Assembly: GCF_009914755.1 (NCBI RefSeq)
Contig: NC_060925.1
Direction: 5' to 3' (one strand)
Length of the DNA stretch: 64,000 nucleotides
From: the human T2T-CHM13v2.0 reference genome, Homo sapiens
In this document: piece after piece, positions 40,783 to 54,835 of the stretch
How positions within the stretch are numbered: the first letter of the stretch is position 1
Layout: every line of letters starts with the position of its first letter
Notes under the pieces: model-generated
Told to the model about the DNA's origin: nothing
Database searches by the model: none
Seen by the model: only the letters and a program-made list of their open reading frames with translations
Translations under genes and position numbers: made by a program

Positions 40783-41256
40783 TAGAATTTCATTTCTATT
40801 CATTAAAAATACATCAAATGGTTTTTATATTACAGTAAAATCACTATTTCAAATGATTATTCCATATATTTTATGTGCAAAATTAAGAGCTGCCATATTG
40901 TCTTTAAAGGCCTGCAGGTATAGAAAGGACTCACTGCTTTTTATGAACACATCTCTCCTATTCACACCTCCAAGAGTTATTGCTTCTTGGTAACCCTCCA
41001 TTAAGCGTTTGATTAAGTTCAAGGTGATTAGATTATTAACACTTTAGTCATGGTCTGGTTGGCTTATCCCCCTACCCCTCTCCATTCTTTTAATCACTGC
41101 TCTATTCATCCACTCAACAAATATTTAATGAGTGCCTATTATATGCCAATTCTATAGATACTAAACATAAATAGAGATAAATAAAGCATGATCTCTGCAT
41201 TTAAGGGCTATACCAAAGATGGGACATCAGACAAATAAACAGATTATTATAATACT

Positions 41257-42464
41257 GTGTAAGGGCCAAGTCCCCTTCATCCTCTGAAAGTTCACTGAAA
41301 ATCAACTGACAAAAAGTAGACTAATACAAGAAAAAGCACACATTCTATTAACATGCTATAGGCGTCTTACAAAATAAGATCTCTTAAAAAGGCAAATGAT
41401 TGACCCACTTATGCCATGTCGAGGTTACAGAACTAATAGGTGTCTGGATCATGGCAAAACTAATTACAGGAGGGGGAGAAGAGGAGGCCTGGCTAGCAAA
41501 GGTGATCTTGTTCTGTGGATGAAACCTCACAGGCCTCAGCCCTCAGAAAGAATAGATGGTAAATGTTTATTTTAGGCTTTTAAAGGTGTCAGACTCTTGG
41601 CCAATCTTTCCTAGATCTGACAAAGCCTGGCTGCATCAATGTAGATTCTCTACAGATGCAAATCACCGCCTCAACACACAGTTTTACAGAGCTGCTTCTG
41701 TTTGCAGACCCTCTGAATGTTACAGGTAGTTAGACAGGCATGAGCTGGGCAGGAGAGGGCTCTCCTCAACCCACCAGGAATGTCAGGTGATGATTCAACG
41801 ATTAGCACATTGCTTCTCTACAGATGATAATTTGGCAGCAGGCACCAGGGAGAAGCAAAAATAACTTCCAATAAAATCTCAGGTATTGGGTGAATGAGTC
41901 TAGACACGTAGATTAGGAGACAAAATGGCAGAGCATGACCTTCCGGGGGCAGTCCACCAGAAAAGAGAAGAAGACCTGAGATGTGCCTGTGTACAACCTC
42001 CTGAATACACTGCGTGTGCTCACTTCCCAAGCATAAGGAGGGCACTCCACATGCAGGCAGCCCACCCTAAGGGAAGAATCATGGGAAAGGGGGACGTGAG
42101 AAGCAGGAGGTCGGCCAGCCTATAAAGTCCTGGGATCAAGGTTAAACAACACTCTTGACCTCGATGCCTCGTTGGGTCTCTTCCAAGTGTATTTTTCTTT
42201 CTTTCCTGTTCTAAGGTCTTTTTAAATAAACTTCCACTCCTCCTCTGAAACTTGCCTTTGTCTCTTTTTCTGGCTATTCCCCTCAGTCGAATTCTCTCTT
42301 CTGAGGAGGCAAGAGTTGAGGTTGCTGCAGACCCATATGGATTCGCCACCGGTAAGTCAGATACCTGCCATGAGACTCAGATATTTGCCACCAGTAACAT
42401 GAACGGACATTTCAAAATATGTCAAAGAAGTGTATCTTGAGGGGAAGTAGAATATTCTCCTTCA
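41257..42464 (-). mobile_element. MER4-group LTR hosting a nested LTR
   Basis: 'cctctgaaagttcactgaaaatcaactgacaaaa'; resumes after 42403 with 'catttcaaaatatgtcaaagaa...ccttca'. Confidence 0.7.
41718..42399 (+). mobile_element. MER50/MER66-type ERV1 solo LTR
   Basis: tgttacaggtagttagacaggcatgagc...gtaaca; 4-bp TSD TGAA; TATAAA at 42121 and AATAAA near 42225. Confidence 0.82.
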
Positions 42465-42575
42465 ACTGTACTGTATGATAAGTGCTGTGATAGGTCTTTT
42501 CTATTTTTCACTAGTCTCTGGGCCACAAGGAACAATCTGTCCCTTTGCATCTCAAAATGCTTGCTCATCCTACTC

Positions 42576-43361
42576 AGTTAGAAATTAAATAATTCAAACT
42601 TAAAATAATTCAAATATAAAGCTGTTAGAACTTTTCATTATTCTGAGCCTTGGGAGGAATGTGGCTATGCAGCCTGAATCATGTACTCAGTAGCTACAAT
42701 TTCTGCCTTTCATATCTGTAAATAATTAGGAAGAACAAGTGGCACCAGAGATAAGACCCCTTCATATCACTGCCCCTCCTCATGGAGTAATAAGGTAATC
42801 TTCCTTGGAATGTAGCAATCTGCAACCAATCAAATTGCTGTGGTGTATGCACTGGTCTTATATGGAAAATGCAGTCTTGCTGGAACTTCTCTGTCTGCCT
42901 ACATAAGTGAAACCTTAACTTCTCCACTTCTGTACTCCAAATGACTGCTGACCCCATTCATTTGGAGTTGGTGTTTCCAAGTGACCATCCTAAAGCTTTG
43001 CACTAGAAAAAACTCCATTCTGAATCATATATTTTTTTCCAAATGGGATCTCACTCTGTTGCCCAGGCTGGAGTGCAGTGGTATAATCACAGCTCACTTC
43101 AGCCTTGACTTCTCAGGCTCAAGTAATCCTCCCACCTCAGCCTCTTGAGTAGCTGGGACTACAGGTGCCTGCCACCACACTCAGCTAATTTTTAAATTTT
43201 TCTGTAGAGAGGGGGTCTCACTATGTTGCCCAGGTTTGTTTTGAACTCTTGGATTTGATCAGTCCTCTTACCTCGGCCTCTCAAAGTGCTGGTATTAGAG
43301 GTATGAGCCACCACACCTGGCCCCAATCATATTCTTTGAATCTCATTATTTAAGGTTAACA
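42576..43361 (+). mobile_element. ERV solo LTR (family uncertain), interrupted by AluJ
   Basis: 'aaagctgttagaac...ttattctgagccttgggaggaatgtggctatgcagcc'; resumes after the Alu and ends ttaaggttaaca. Confidence 0.65.
43032..43322 (-). mobile_element. AluJ
   Basis: Antisense dimer flanked by AATCATAT repeats. Confidence 0.9.
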
Positions 43362-45040
43362 CCAGTGATGTCTACATCTTTTCAAGCAGGGACTAACTTC
43401 TATTCACAATTATAGATAAGGATTAAGGTGAAAACACCCTTGAGGACTAAGCGTTTTAAATTCACACTGAGGTAAAATGAGTGATTTTATATCCTTTCTT
43501 GTAAGCAAGTTCCCCCACCCCTGCTCTCTGCCTGCTGTCTAGAAGAAGTAAAACCAGGAGTCCTCTGTGAAATTACCACTAACCAGGCACCATCTTAACG
43601 TGTTGTTAAACATCATCTGTTTTCCTCTGGGTACTAGCAGTCACTGAGTTCTCTCTTACTGAAAAAGCGAAGTTGCGTATTTCATTCACTTGCTTTTATG
43701 AGTCCTTTGGCTCTTCTAGGCTTTCTTTTTTTGATTTAACCAGCCCACAAACTAAAGTGAGTATCTATTAATATTTCCCCAGACCACTATTCAAGGAAAT
43801 GAACCACTTGACATTAATCATGATGGCAGAACTCCTTGACTGACAGTCTTTTCTCAGAATTCATGAGGCTACAGTGCCTGTGGGTCACTGCTGTGCAAAC
43901 TTTGCTAACCAAGACATTCCCTGAGGAGTTTGTGAGCAGTTTGTTAGCAAGTCATGTCCCTCAAGGGCTCTAATTGAGTGGGTCTGGGGAAGGACCCAGA
44001 AATCTGTAGTGTTACCAAACCTACCGGCTGATTCTGGAGCTGGTGTTGCAAGGAACAAATTTCAAAAAACCTTGCAATATAGGGTTTTTTTTTTCTTATT
44101 AATGGGGTAAATTTAAGTATTTAATTAATGGGGTAAATTCATTCATTCATTCAAGTACTTATCAAGCACTTTCTATGTGCCTCCTAACTTGATTTTTTAT
44201 TGCTAATTATTTTTAATTTAAACTCCATTGTCAAGTTTCACTTTTCTTAGGAGAGTTGCCAAGGGCTTATAAGAGACAAAGTGGAATTGGCTGCGAGAGT
44301 GGTCACTTCAGCTGCAGGCGAGGAGGTGGGAGGGATGACATCCAGGCGGTTGGAAACCATCTGGTAGGAAGCAAACCCAATGATGACCCTCACCTAAGGA
44401 ACTTGGCTATTTGTGTAAGTGTCCAGAGGGAGTGATCCCTGGCCCCATAACGTGCTGAGGCAATTTCAAGAGTTACGAGAGGATGAAGATTTCAACATGT
44501 GTGATCAGAAAGTTGAATGAGATCTTTGTCTGGGCAGCTAGCAGGCCTTCTTCTGTTTTCTTTACTATTATACTGTGACTAACGATTGGGTGTTTGGTTT
44601 TGGTTATAACTTGAAAATTGTTGTGATCCATGTGAAGTAATGTCTTGTGAATATTCCACATGGATGCAGCCCCTACATCGTCAGATCTCTCCAGGTATTT
44701 CGGAAAGATTTTAATCCCTCAGCTTAAACACAAGTTCCGTTTTAGGGCCAATCCCCAGATGGAGGAGTTAGATGTACATTCCTTCAAAGAGGCCCCAGCC
44801 AGCCACCCCAAGGTTTGGAGCATGTGAGTGAGAAAGTCTGGAACTTTTGGCTGCTTGGTTTCATTTTTTTAGTTTTCTTCTTGGGAGTGGTGGTAGAATT
44901 TTACAAAGACTTGGTGGGGGAAGACGGGAAGAGAGCTGTCCCAGAAAGGAAGATTTTATACTCCATACCATCTTCTGACTTTCCCTTTTTAAATGGTCTT
45001 GTGATTTGTCTCCAGAGAAGAGTTGGGTAAGTCAAAACCA

Positions 45041-45092
45041 TGAGAGAGAGAGAGTGAGAGAGAGTGAGTGTGTGTGTGTGTGTGTTTGTGTG
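45041..45092. repeat. (GA)n(GT)n microsatellite
   Basis: Seen directly. Confidence 0.9.
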
Positions 45093-45155
45093 ATCTCTGT
45101 GTTTGTGAGGGGAGGGAGCATATGAGTGAGTGGGAGGTAGCATTCCTAAATCTGC

Positions 45156-45501
45156 TGTATTAGTCAGTTTCCATGCTGCTGATAAAGGGAGACTGGGAAG
45201 AAAAAGAGGTTTAACTGGACTTACAGTTCCACATGGTTGGGGAGGCCTCAGAATCATGGCGGGAGGTTAAAGGCACTTCTTACATGGCGGCAGCAAGAGA
45301 AAATGAGGAAGAAGCAAAAGTGGAAACCCCTGTTAAACCCATCAGACCTCCTGAGACTTATTCACTATAGGAGAATAGCATGGGAAAGACCAGCTCCCAT
45401 GATTCAATTACCTCCCCATGGGTCTCTCCCACAATACGTGGTAATTCTGGGAGATACAATTCAAGCTGAGATTTGGGTGTAGACACAGCCAAACCATATC
45501 A
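45156..45501 (-). mobile_element. THE1A/B solo LTR
   Basis: tgtattagtcagtttccatgctgctgataaag ... acacagccaaaccatatca. Confidence 0.9.
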
Positions 45502-47489
45502 CCTACCATCAGGTGCCCTATCCTCTGTCTGCAGTACAGAATGTGCCTTGTGTTTGGCTTGCCCTCTGTAACTGGAATGTTCAGAGTCCTCCTTCTTGAA
45601 GTAGATGGAGAAAAAAGATCTCAGCTGGGATAAAGGAAAATAACAGACTACAAAAAACCAGCCAGGAAAGGGAATCCCCATGGGCGATGTAGTCTCACCT
45701 AGCTGCTAAGCAGCAGAGCCTGTGTTCTTCCCACCCCACCATAATAAATGGGGATGCCCATGAGGACATGCCACCCACACGGGAAGGTGGCACACATGAG
45801 GGCTCAGTCCTGGGCCCTTCAGGCAAATGGGCATGCAGACACGTAGGCTTTGCCTTCCAAGGAGTTTTGCCCATGAGTACCCTCCACCTTCACTCCTTCC
45901 ACTGCCATTCCAATCATTAGCACAGCTCAGGGGATGTTCCCGCTCCCAGGGAAGCTCTCTGGCAGCCTCACTTGACAGCTGCACTAATATAGATTTGCAG
46001 GGCAAGACCAGCTTCCTGGGCATGACCTGCAAGCTGCCACGGGGTCTTATGCTTAGAAGGGCCCTGCGTTTGGTTCAATGCTCTGCTATCACCATCTCGA
46101 AATTCTTAATAATTTTTTAACATGCAAATCGCATCAGCAGGGCTGCTTGCCAGGTCAGGAGGATGCTTCAGGCTCTGTGAAAATCTTCAGTGGAGGGAGC
46201 GAGGGGGTCTTCCTGTCTTGTCCCCACTAACAGAATAGGTCTGTGAATCTCTATTAGATTTGTTCCTCATCATCTGTCTTCTCCCTCCTTCCTGCAGGAA
46301 CAGGACCTAGAAAGCAGAGGGGCAGCTTTGTTGGAATTTATTACTGGTTCTGGTAAGATCAGGAAGCGGGAGTGGGGGGATGGAGGAAAATAATGAGTGT
46401 TGGGACTGAATGAAACTTAATTAGGGGAGGTGACAAGAAATGGCCCTGTGAACAGGCCTCAAACACAGGGATGAGTACTGCTCAGCGAGGCAGAGGCCAG
46501 CCACCTGTGGGATGAGCACCTGCATGGCCACCTTTACCAACAGACTCTCCTTCTCCTTCTCAGCACAGGCCCTGGCCCGGGTCCCAGGGACATCAGGGCC
46601 CAGAGACCTCACGTGGCTTGTCCTCACCTGGCTTGCCTAGGTTTGAGGTGTTGCTCAGGACAGAGCCTTTGCTGCTGCCCCTGAACACTGCCTGCCAGCA
46701 CCCCAGCCCACCACCCTGACCTCATCACCCCGGAAAGGAGCAAGCTCATCAAATAGGACAGTGCTTGGGGTCTTCGCCAGTAGCTAGCACTGGCTGCTGT
46801 TTATGAGCATCTGTTATACACAAGGCAGTGGAGCATTCTCACATTTAATCCTCAACACAGTGCTATCAGGTAAGTTATATTATCCTCCTCATTTCACACA
46901 TGAGAAAGCTGATGTTCAGGGGGATATATATGACTTTCTAGGGTTGACAGAGCTTATGTCTGAATTCAGGTTTTTCTGACAACAGAAAACAGTTACACTC
47001 AGCTGAACTTAATCCTGAATGAACTTAATTGACTTTTCCCCGTTAGATTTTATTGTCTCTCTAATATCTACCCTTCTTATGGGGCCTTTATGGCTGATAA
47101 GAATCTCATATCAGTTACAGGTACATAAACATGTGTGTCAGTCACGTGCCTCCTCTGCCTCCCTGTGGCATGTGCAGGGGGCCATGGTTTTATCCCCTGT
47201 AACCCTGAGAGATCAGGAGAAGAAAGTCTCCTTGTCTTTTCAAATGGTGCTCTTACTCTCTGTTCAACCATCTTGCTCACAGCTGGTTAGTGAGAACCCT
47301 TAGTGATGGTGACAGTGATGATGATGGCTAACATTTATTAAGCACACTTCACCAGCATCTTCTCACTTAATATTCACAAGAACCCTGGGAGGTAGACACT
47401 GTCATCGCATCCATTTTCAGATGATGAAACTGAGGAACGGAGACATTAAGTGCCAAGTTCATACAACTAGACATGGCGGGTGTCATATA

Positions 47490-48130
47490 TTGATTTATTT
47501 AACAAACATTCTTTGAGCACCTGCTGTATGCCAGACCAGTGCTGGATACAATAGTGAGCAGAATTCTGCACAGACCTGTGCAGGGAGGAGACAGACACAA
47601 ACCAGGATGCTCAAGGAAGGCTTCTCTTAGGAGGTCTATAGTGTGGCCAGGAGTTAACTAGATCAGGAGGGTACAGAATATGCAAGAGAATCTCAGCCAA
47701 GGGGCTAGTCTGTGCGAAGTGTGTGGTAGGACACAGCACAACCTATTAAAGGAGCTGAAGGAAGGCCAGTGAGGCTGGAATGGACAGAAGGGTAGGGGCC
47801 TAAAGCCAGACAAGCCCAAAGAGAAAACGGGCAGCCTTGCGAGGCCTTTGAGAACTTTGGTCTTTATCCTTAGATCAATGGAAAGCCACTGGTGAGTTCT
47901 AAGCGAAGTGATAGGAACCAGATCATAGTTTAAGAAGATCACACTGAGTGCTGTGTGGAGAACACATTGAAGAGAGGCAAGATTGGAGATGAGTGACCAC
48001 ACAGCCAGCTATTTTAAAAGCCCAGAAGAACATAGTAGTGGTTTGGGGGTAGTGGTGAAAATGGAAAAAATGAAAAACTTGAGAGGGAGTAAGAAGATGA
48101 AACCATAGGACTGTGCTTGAATGGGAGTAG
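47490..48130 (-). mobile_element. L2 LINE fragment
   Basis: 'atttaacaaacattctttgagcacctgctgtatgccag' 3' end plus purine-rich body. Confidence 0.7.
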
Positions 48131-48157
48131 AAGGAAAGGGAAGGCTTTCAAGGACTT

Positions 48158-48292
48158 GTTTTTATTTTTATTTTTTAGAGATGGGGGTCTTGTTATGTCG
48201 CTCAGGCTGGCCTTGAACGCTTGGTCTCAAGAGATCCTCCTGCCTCAGCCTCCTGCGTAACTGGGACTACAGGAACATACCACCATACCCAG
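48158..48292 (-). mobile_element. FLAM monomer
   Basis: Single antisense Alu arm. Confidence 0.8.
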
Positions 48293-48374
48293 TTACTTTC
48301 AAGGATCTGAATTCAGGTCTGTTAGTCTCCAAATAACTGTACTTTTAACCACTACTCCTTAAGAATTTGGCCAT

Positions 48375-48856
48375 TCAGGATTAAGTTTAGCTGTATAACC
48401 AGAAACTCCAAATAATAAAAGTTTAAATTAGATACAAATTTATTTTCCACTCACATGAAGAAGTCCAGAGGTAGTCAAGTTGTGGCTAGTGAATTCTATT
48501 AGGGGTTCAGGCATCTGCAGTGTTCTTGCTTTGTCCTCCTTAGCACAATGTTTCCACCACTGGGTCCAGAGTGGCAGCCTGAGCTCAGCAATTCCATCTG
48601 CATTCCAGCCAGCAGGAGTAAGGATGAGGAGAAAGGGCATGTTTCCTTCCTTTGGGGGCGTTTTTTAGACGATACATACCAAACTTCTACTTGCATGTCA
48701 TTTGCCATAACTTAGTCAATGGCCATACTAGCTGCATGGGAAGCTAAAAAATGTTACCTTTGTTTTGGGCAGTGAAGTGACCAGCTTAAAATTAAGAAAT
48801 TGATTACTAAGAAGGGAAAAATGGTTATCAGGATACAACTAGTAAGCTCAACTACA
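48375..48856 (-). mobile_element. Old MLT1 (J-like) LTR
   Basis: 'ccatctgcattccagccagcaggag...cttagtcaatggccatactagctgca'. Confidence 0.6.
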
Positions 48857-49029
48857 ACTGTTAGACCTAAGTCTGCAATGCTAAGCCACATAGTAAATGA
48901 TGAAAAGTCAAAAGTAGAGACTTGAATATATGATGTAAATTTTTCTAGGTCGCAATTTTATGCATGGTTTAATGTTTCATTTTTGTCCAGTTGTTAAACT
49001 GTTTGCTAGATTAACAATATTCATCTTGA

Positions 49030-49957
<928 letters not shown>

Positions 49958-50215
49958 TTAACAAATTATCTTTGGTTCCATATGCAGCTCTTTAAAAAGG
50001 AAAAAAAAAAAAAAAAAAAACCCCTGATAAACGTTATGTGTATGTGTGGTGGGAGGCAGGTATTTTATACACACAATGGTTTGGTTAATTCTGATGTTTG
50101 TAAACAACACAGATTAATTCCAACTTTCCCTTAATGTCCTCAGAATCATATTTTAGCTGTAGGAAGACAAACATTTAAATTTTTGCTTGTATTTCGAATT
50201 TTTCCTAAGGATGCC

Positions 50216-50410
50216 TGTTATGGTCTGAATGCTTGTGTCCCCCCAAATTCACATTTTGAAACCCTGCCCCTTCATGTGACGATAGCAGGAGGCAGGGTCT
50301 CTGGGAGGTGATTAGGATAAGATGAAGTCATGAGGGCACAGCCCGCTTGAGTGGAAGTAATATCTCCCCAAGAGAGCTTGTTTCCTCTCTCTGCCGTGTG
50401 AGGACACAGA
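50216..50410 (+). mobile_element. MLT1A/B LTR 5' fragment
   Basis: tgttatggtctgaatgcttgtgtccccccaaattcac...gccgtgtgaggacaca. Confidence 0.7.
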
Positions 50411-53400
50411 CCAACCCTGGGACAGTGTTGGAGGGGAATGCAAAGGCGGCAGGATCCCCGGGAGCCATTGAGGAGGCTGCTTGCCCCGTGGAGACAGCAG
50501 AAAGCAGGCTTGACAGACCCAGAAACCAGAAATTCAGAGTGATGGTTGCCAAAGTGCTGTCACTCAGCCAAACAGGGACCTGGCTCAAATGTTGCAAAGT
50601 GAAGCCTGTATCTGCTCCACAGGAGCCACAGGCCAGAGGTCCGGCTGTTGGTGCTACTCTGGGACTATCACTCAGGACAGCAGGCACAGGCGAAAGGCGT
50701 CAGACCTGGAATGAGACCGCTCTGAGTGCCCCGTGCCCCTCACTCCCTCCATGAGCCTGGAGAAGTCTCGTTCCCTCTTCAGGCCCCCTTTTGTAAAAGA
50801 GACGAGGCAACTGTTTTTCCATCTGGGCTCTCTGGGCTCTCTGGGCCTCCTGGGATCCGAGGATATAGGACCAAGGTAAGCTCTAGTTTCATCAGGTCTC
50901 TTTGGAGTTCATTTAAGAAAAAAATAAATAAAAGTGTACTACTGATCATTGATAACAAAAAGACAGGGCAAGCTTGAAGGCCACAGCACTACGGGAGGGT
51001 GATGCACCCTCTGTCTTCGCTTTGAATGCTCTGATCTCAGAATCAGTAAAGCCGTGGCTGTGGGATCACTCTCAGTCATGGTGAAGGTATGCGAAGAATC
51101 TGCAGTTATGTTCCATCATGTGGTTTGCTAACCAGAGGGAAATTACCCCTGTATCAGATGCCACAATAATTGTCATTCAATCATTTTCTTGTTGCCCAGA
51201 AGGGGAGTAATCATAAAGGAAGGGTGGTGTCAGCGGTGTTGACATGGGGCCAACATATCTGGATGGAAAGTGAAATCTCAGTCAGTCATCCAGGCTCAAA
51301 GCCCAAGCAGAGAGGCCCCCGGGAAGGAGCACAGGGCTGGGAGTGAGTGTGGGGCTGAGAAAGGGCTGTGCCAGGAGGCCTCCCTGCTCCACATTCCTCA
51401 CCTGCGATCCCTCACAAGATGACCAAAACAACCCAGTGAAACTGCCTTGCTTGGAATACATACGCAGGAGGAAGTGCCCTAGCCACAGGAGGCTGTAATA
51501 CACTAGAGGGCAGTGGTGCCCAAGGCCATAGGGAGGGAAAGTCCCATGGAATGCGGGCAGCCTTTCCCTCAATCCCTCTGACCATTCCTGTGGGGGAATG
51601 CAGGCCCAGGGTTGCCAGATTTTCTCATTTTCCAGTAGAAGCCAGAAACATGGGTTTTTATGTGACATTTTCCCATTTTTAAAATACTTTGCAGATCAAA
51701 CAAAACATGTTGCTAGGCCAGAACTGATCCATTAGCCATCAGTCTACAACCCCTGAATTCCAAATGAGTGACTTCATTTTAATGAAAACACCAAGAAAAT
51801 TAGGTAAAAGTGTTCATTCTCCTGAAAATTTGGTCCCTGGGAGCACATTATTTATTCAATCATCAAGTGCCTACTGTGTGCCAGGTACAAATAGAATGCT
51901 AGAAGTTTTCTATTTTCTCATCTCTTCTCTGACCATAGGTCTTCTTTTCTCTGTTTCATTCATGAACTTTTCTGTATATGGGAAAGTGGGAAGAAAAATA
52001 GAAGGGAAGAAAAATATAGGCCTGGAAAAAAAGTTTGGCAAGGTGTCATTCCACAAGTGGAGGGTAAAATTGTGTCTCCAAGTCCACCGTCTTCATGCAC
52101 TGAGCAACTAGCACAGAGCTGGTCACCTGGTTATTGAAAGACACAGCAACAATTGTAGCATATGTTGGTTGGTCACCCATTACCTGCCAGACCCAGTGGT
52201 GTTATTATGTTACTAGGCGGTGAATTTTAGTCCTCATTATACTTCTATGAGTCAGGGACTTCCTTTTATCACAGGAGGAAACTGAGGTCTAAACAGACTA
52301 AGTAACTTGCCCAAGTTCATAGAGCTCTCAAGCTGTAGGCCTTAGATCTTAATGAAGTTGTGCCTGACTCCAGAATACACACCTTCACATTGTACTGAAT
52401 GAATGAATGAATGAATGAATGAAGAGTGAGTGGATGAGTAAGCTGAGGCCCTGCTCCCTCTCCCCCTCATCTTTCACCCTCCATTCCCACCCTGCCCTCC
52501 CAACTCATGTGCTGGTTCTGAGACTGAAAGATCAGAATTACATTTTTGCAGATTTCCCAAAGGAACATTGGGGCCATCACTCCCCTTAGTGCCTCAGGAC
52601 ACTAAGCTGGCTGGGGCATTGCCATCTGCCTTGGCCCTTCAGGAGATGTCAATGTCTAGATACCCACTTAGCTTCCTTCCTGTCACATTGATACACTCAG
52701 CATCATTTGCCTCTGAAATATGTTGTGTGAAGGGGAAAGATTTGAGAAAGCAGCATGTTTTACAGATCAAGAAGATTTCTTATTTACCAGTGTGCTAGTT
52801 TCTGTTATTTTTTTCTGTACCCTAGTGTATAATCAGAGCTCATAAAAGTGCTACCGTGTGGGAGGTCTACATTTCCTCTCTATTAAGCATCCCCAGATGT
52901 TCATAGATCCTGACACTTCATGCCTCCCGCCTTCTTTGGTTCACCTTCCAGCCTCATGGCTCCTCTTTGCTTCAGTTGAGGAGCCAAGCATGTCCCACTC
53001 TGTGGTTCACTAATCAGTCATCATTCCCCAACGTCGCAACTCAACGTCTGCCTAAAAGTCTGTTTCCCCCTTTATGTGGTCAGGTGTCTGTTATCTGCTC
53101 ATATTCAGAAATCACTCTTTTATGAGAACCTGACTACCAACTGCAGATGGATTTCCTTGCTGCTTTTGGAAATCGCTGATAGCACTTCCTCCTTGGTGCA
53201 ATCAGAGGAGTCCCTGTGTGGTACATGCTGACCCAGTGGCTAGACAGGGGTTCATCAAACATTTTTATACATTGCGGTTGGCAAACTCTCAATTTCAGGA
53301 GATGCTGTGATGAAGCAAGGAAACACTGTGGTCCTCCAGATAGGTCTGATGGTCTATTGTTGCAAAGTATCATACCCAAAGGATGCTTGGGATGGCCCAA

Positions 53401-53939
53401 GTAGGGGCTTTTCCCATGAATCCAGTCAAGGACCAGCTCCACAGGCTTACGGCTCTGGCCTGAGGGCTTTGATCTTTATAATTTCAGAAAGGACAATGCA
53501 GGGGCTTAGGATGATCCAAGACTTGGAGTCTGCAGAACCGGGATCGAATCTCACTCTGCCATGTACTAGTTCTGTGATATAAAGAAAATCACTGAAATTC
53601 AGGGCTTCATTGTCTTCACTTATGAAATGGGAATAGCAAGAACAAAAATCACTTCACAAAATTATTGTGAGAATTAAATAAGTGAGTATGTGTGGATGTA
53701 TTTGGAACAGAGCAAGCTTTTATCAAATATTAAATGAATTTCCGAAGTGAAAAAAAATGAAGATGTCCTCTTTCATTTTCTCTTCTCGCCATTAAGAAGA
53801 GAAATAGCATCGCCACAGGTGAGGGGCCTGCACCCAAGCTCAAGAACCACTCTGTTGGCATGATGGCAGGACTCAGGCCATCCTAGTCCTAGTTTCTTGA
53901 CTCTACCTAGCCAAGAAGTCTCGTGTCACTTCTTTACTC

Positions 53940-54350
53940 CTTTATTTTAAAATTTTATTATAAAAATTTTTAAACATACAGAAAAGTAAAAAGAATGGCA
54001 TAATGAAGAATCTACTAGCTAGTTCCAATTATCAGCACTCTGGCATACTATAACATGAATGCATATATATGTATGTATAATATGTACACATGTACACACA
54101 CACACACATATCTATTTGCTAAACTATTACAGACATATTGGTTCTTCATTCCCAAATACTTCACCAAGCATCTCTAAAAGTTGTCATTGTTTATATAATT
54201 ACAGCAATATTATGCAGTAACCAAATTAATAGTTCCTTAATATCATTTATTATCTAGTTCATGTTAATACTTCCCCAATTATTTCCAGAATATATATTGT
54301 AACATTTTTAGAAATGGGGATCCAATCAAAGATGCATTTGGTTGTTAAAT
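53940..54350 (-). mobile_element. Old L1M 3' fragment
   Basis: 'ttttattataaaaatttttaaacatacagaaaag...ccaatcaaagatgcatttggttg'. Confidence 0.6.
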
Positions 54351-54835
54351 CTTTCAAAATATGTAACAGACCACTTCTCCCACTCCCAGCCTACTGCCAC
54401 ACACTTTGTTCACTTTCATACTAAATTCGACCCCTGGGCTATGACAGTGATCCATCAGCTGGCATCAGCTGGCACTTGAGCTGGCTTCTGAAGCTGGCTT
54501 GGATTGACAGAGCACAGCAGTGTGTGAAAGAGGCCTGAAAAAGGGAGCAGCATGGGTAGAGACACAGAAGGAGGGGGGGCCTGGAGTGTGTATAGGACAC
54601 TCTGAGCTGTTCAGTCCAATTAGAGGGCAGGAGTGTCCTACTGATACAACCCATCATGGTGGAAAATACAAACTTGTAGTCCATTTCCAGAAAGACCTAA
54701 CTTGTTGTCAACCATGGGTATACTAGGTATCCAGAAGTCAGAACAAACATTTCTTCACTGTTACCTTGGAGTAGAGCTGCCTTTCCCTCAAAGAGTTACT
54801 GGGAGGTCTCTTTCCCCTCTAGTCTTCCTCCTTCA

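Noticed and set aside
46560-46645. Gly/Pro-rich snippet after a pyrimidine tract (PGTSGPR, PGLP)
   Set aside because: Gly-X-Y register is not maintained and there is no good donor; explained by GC content
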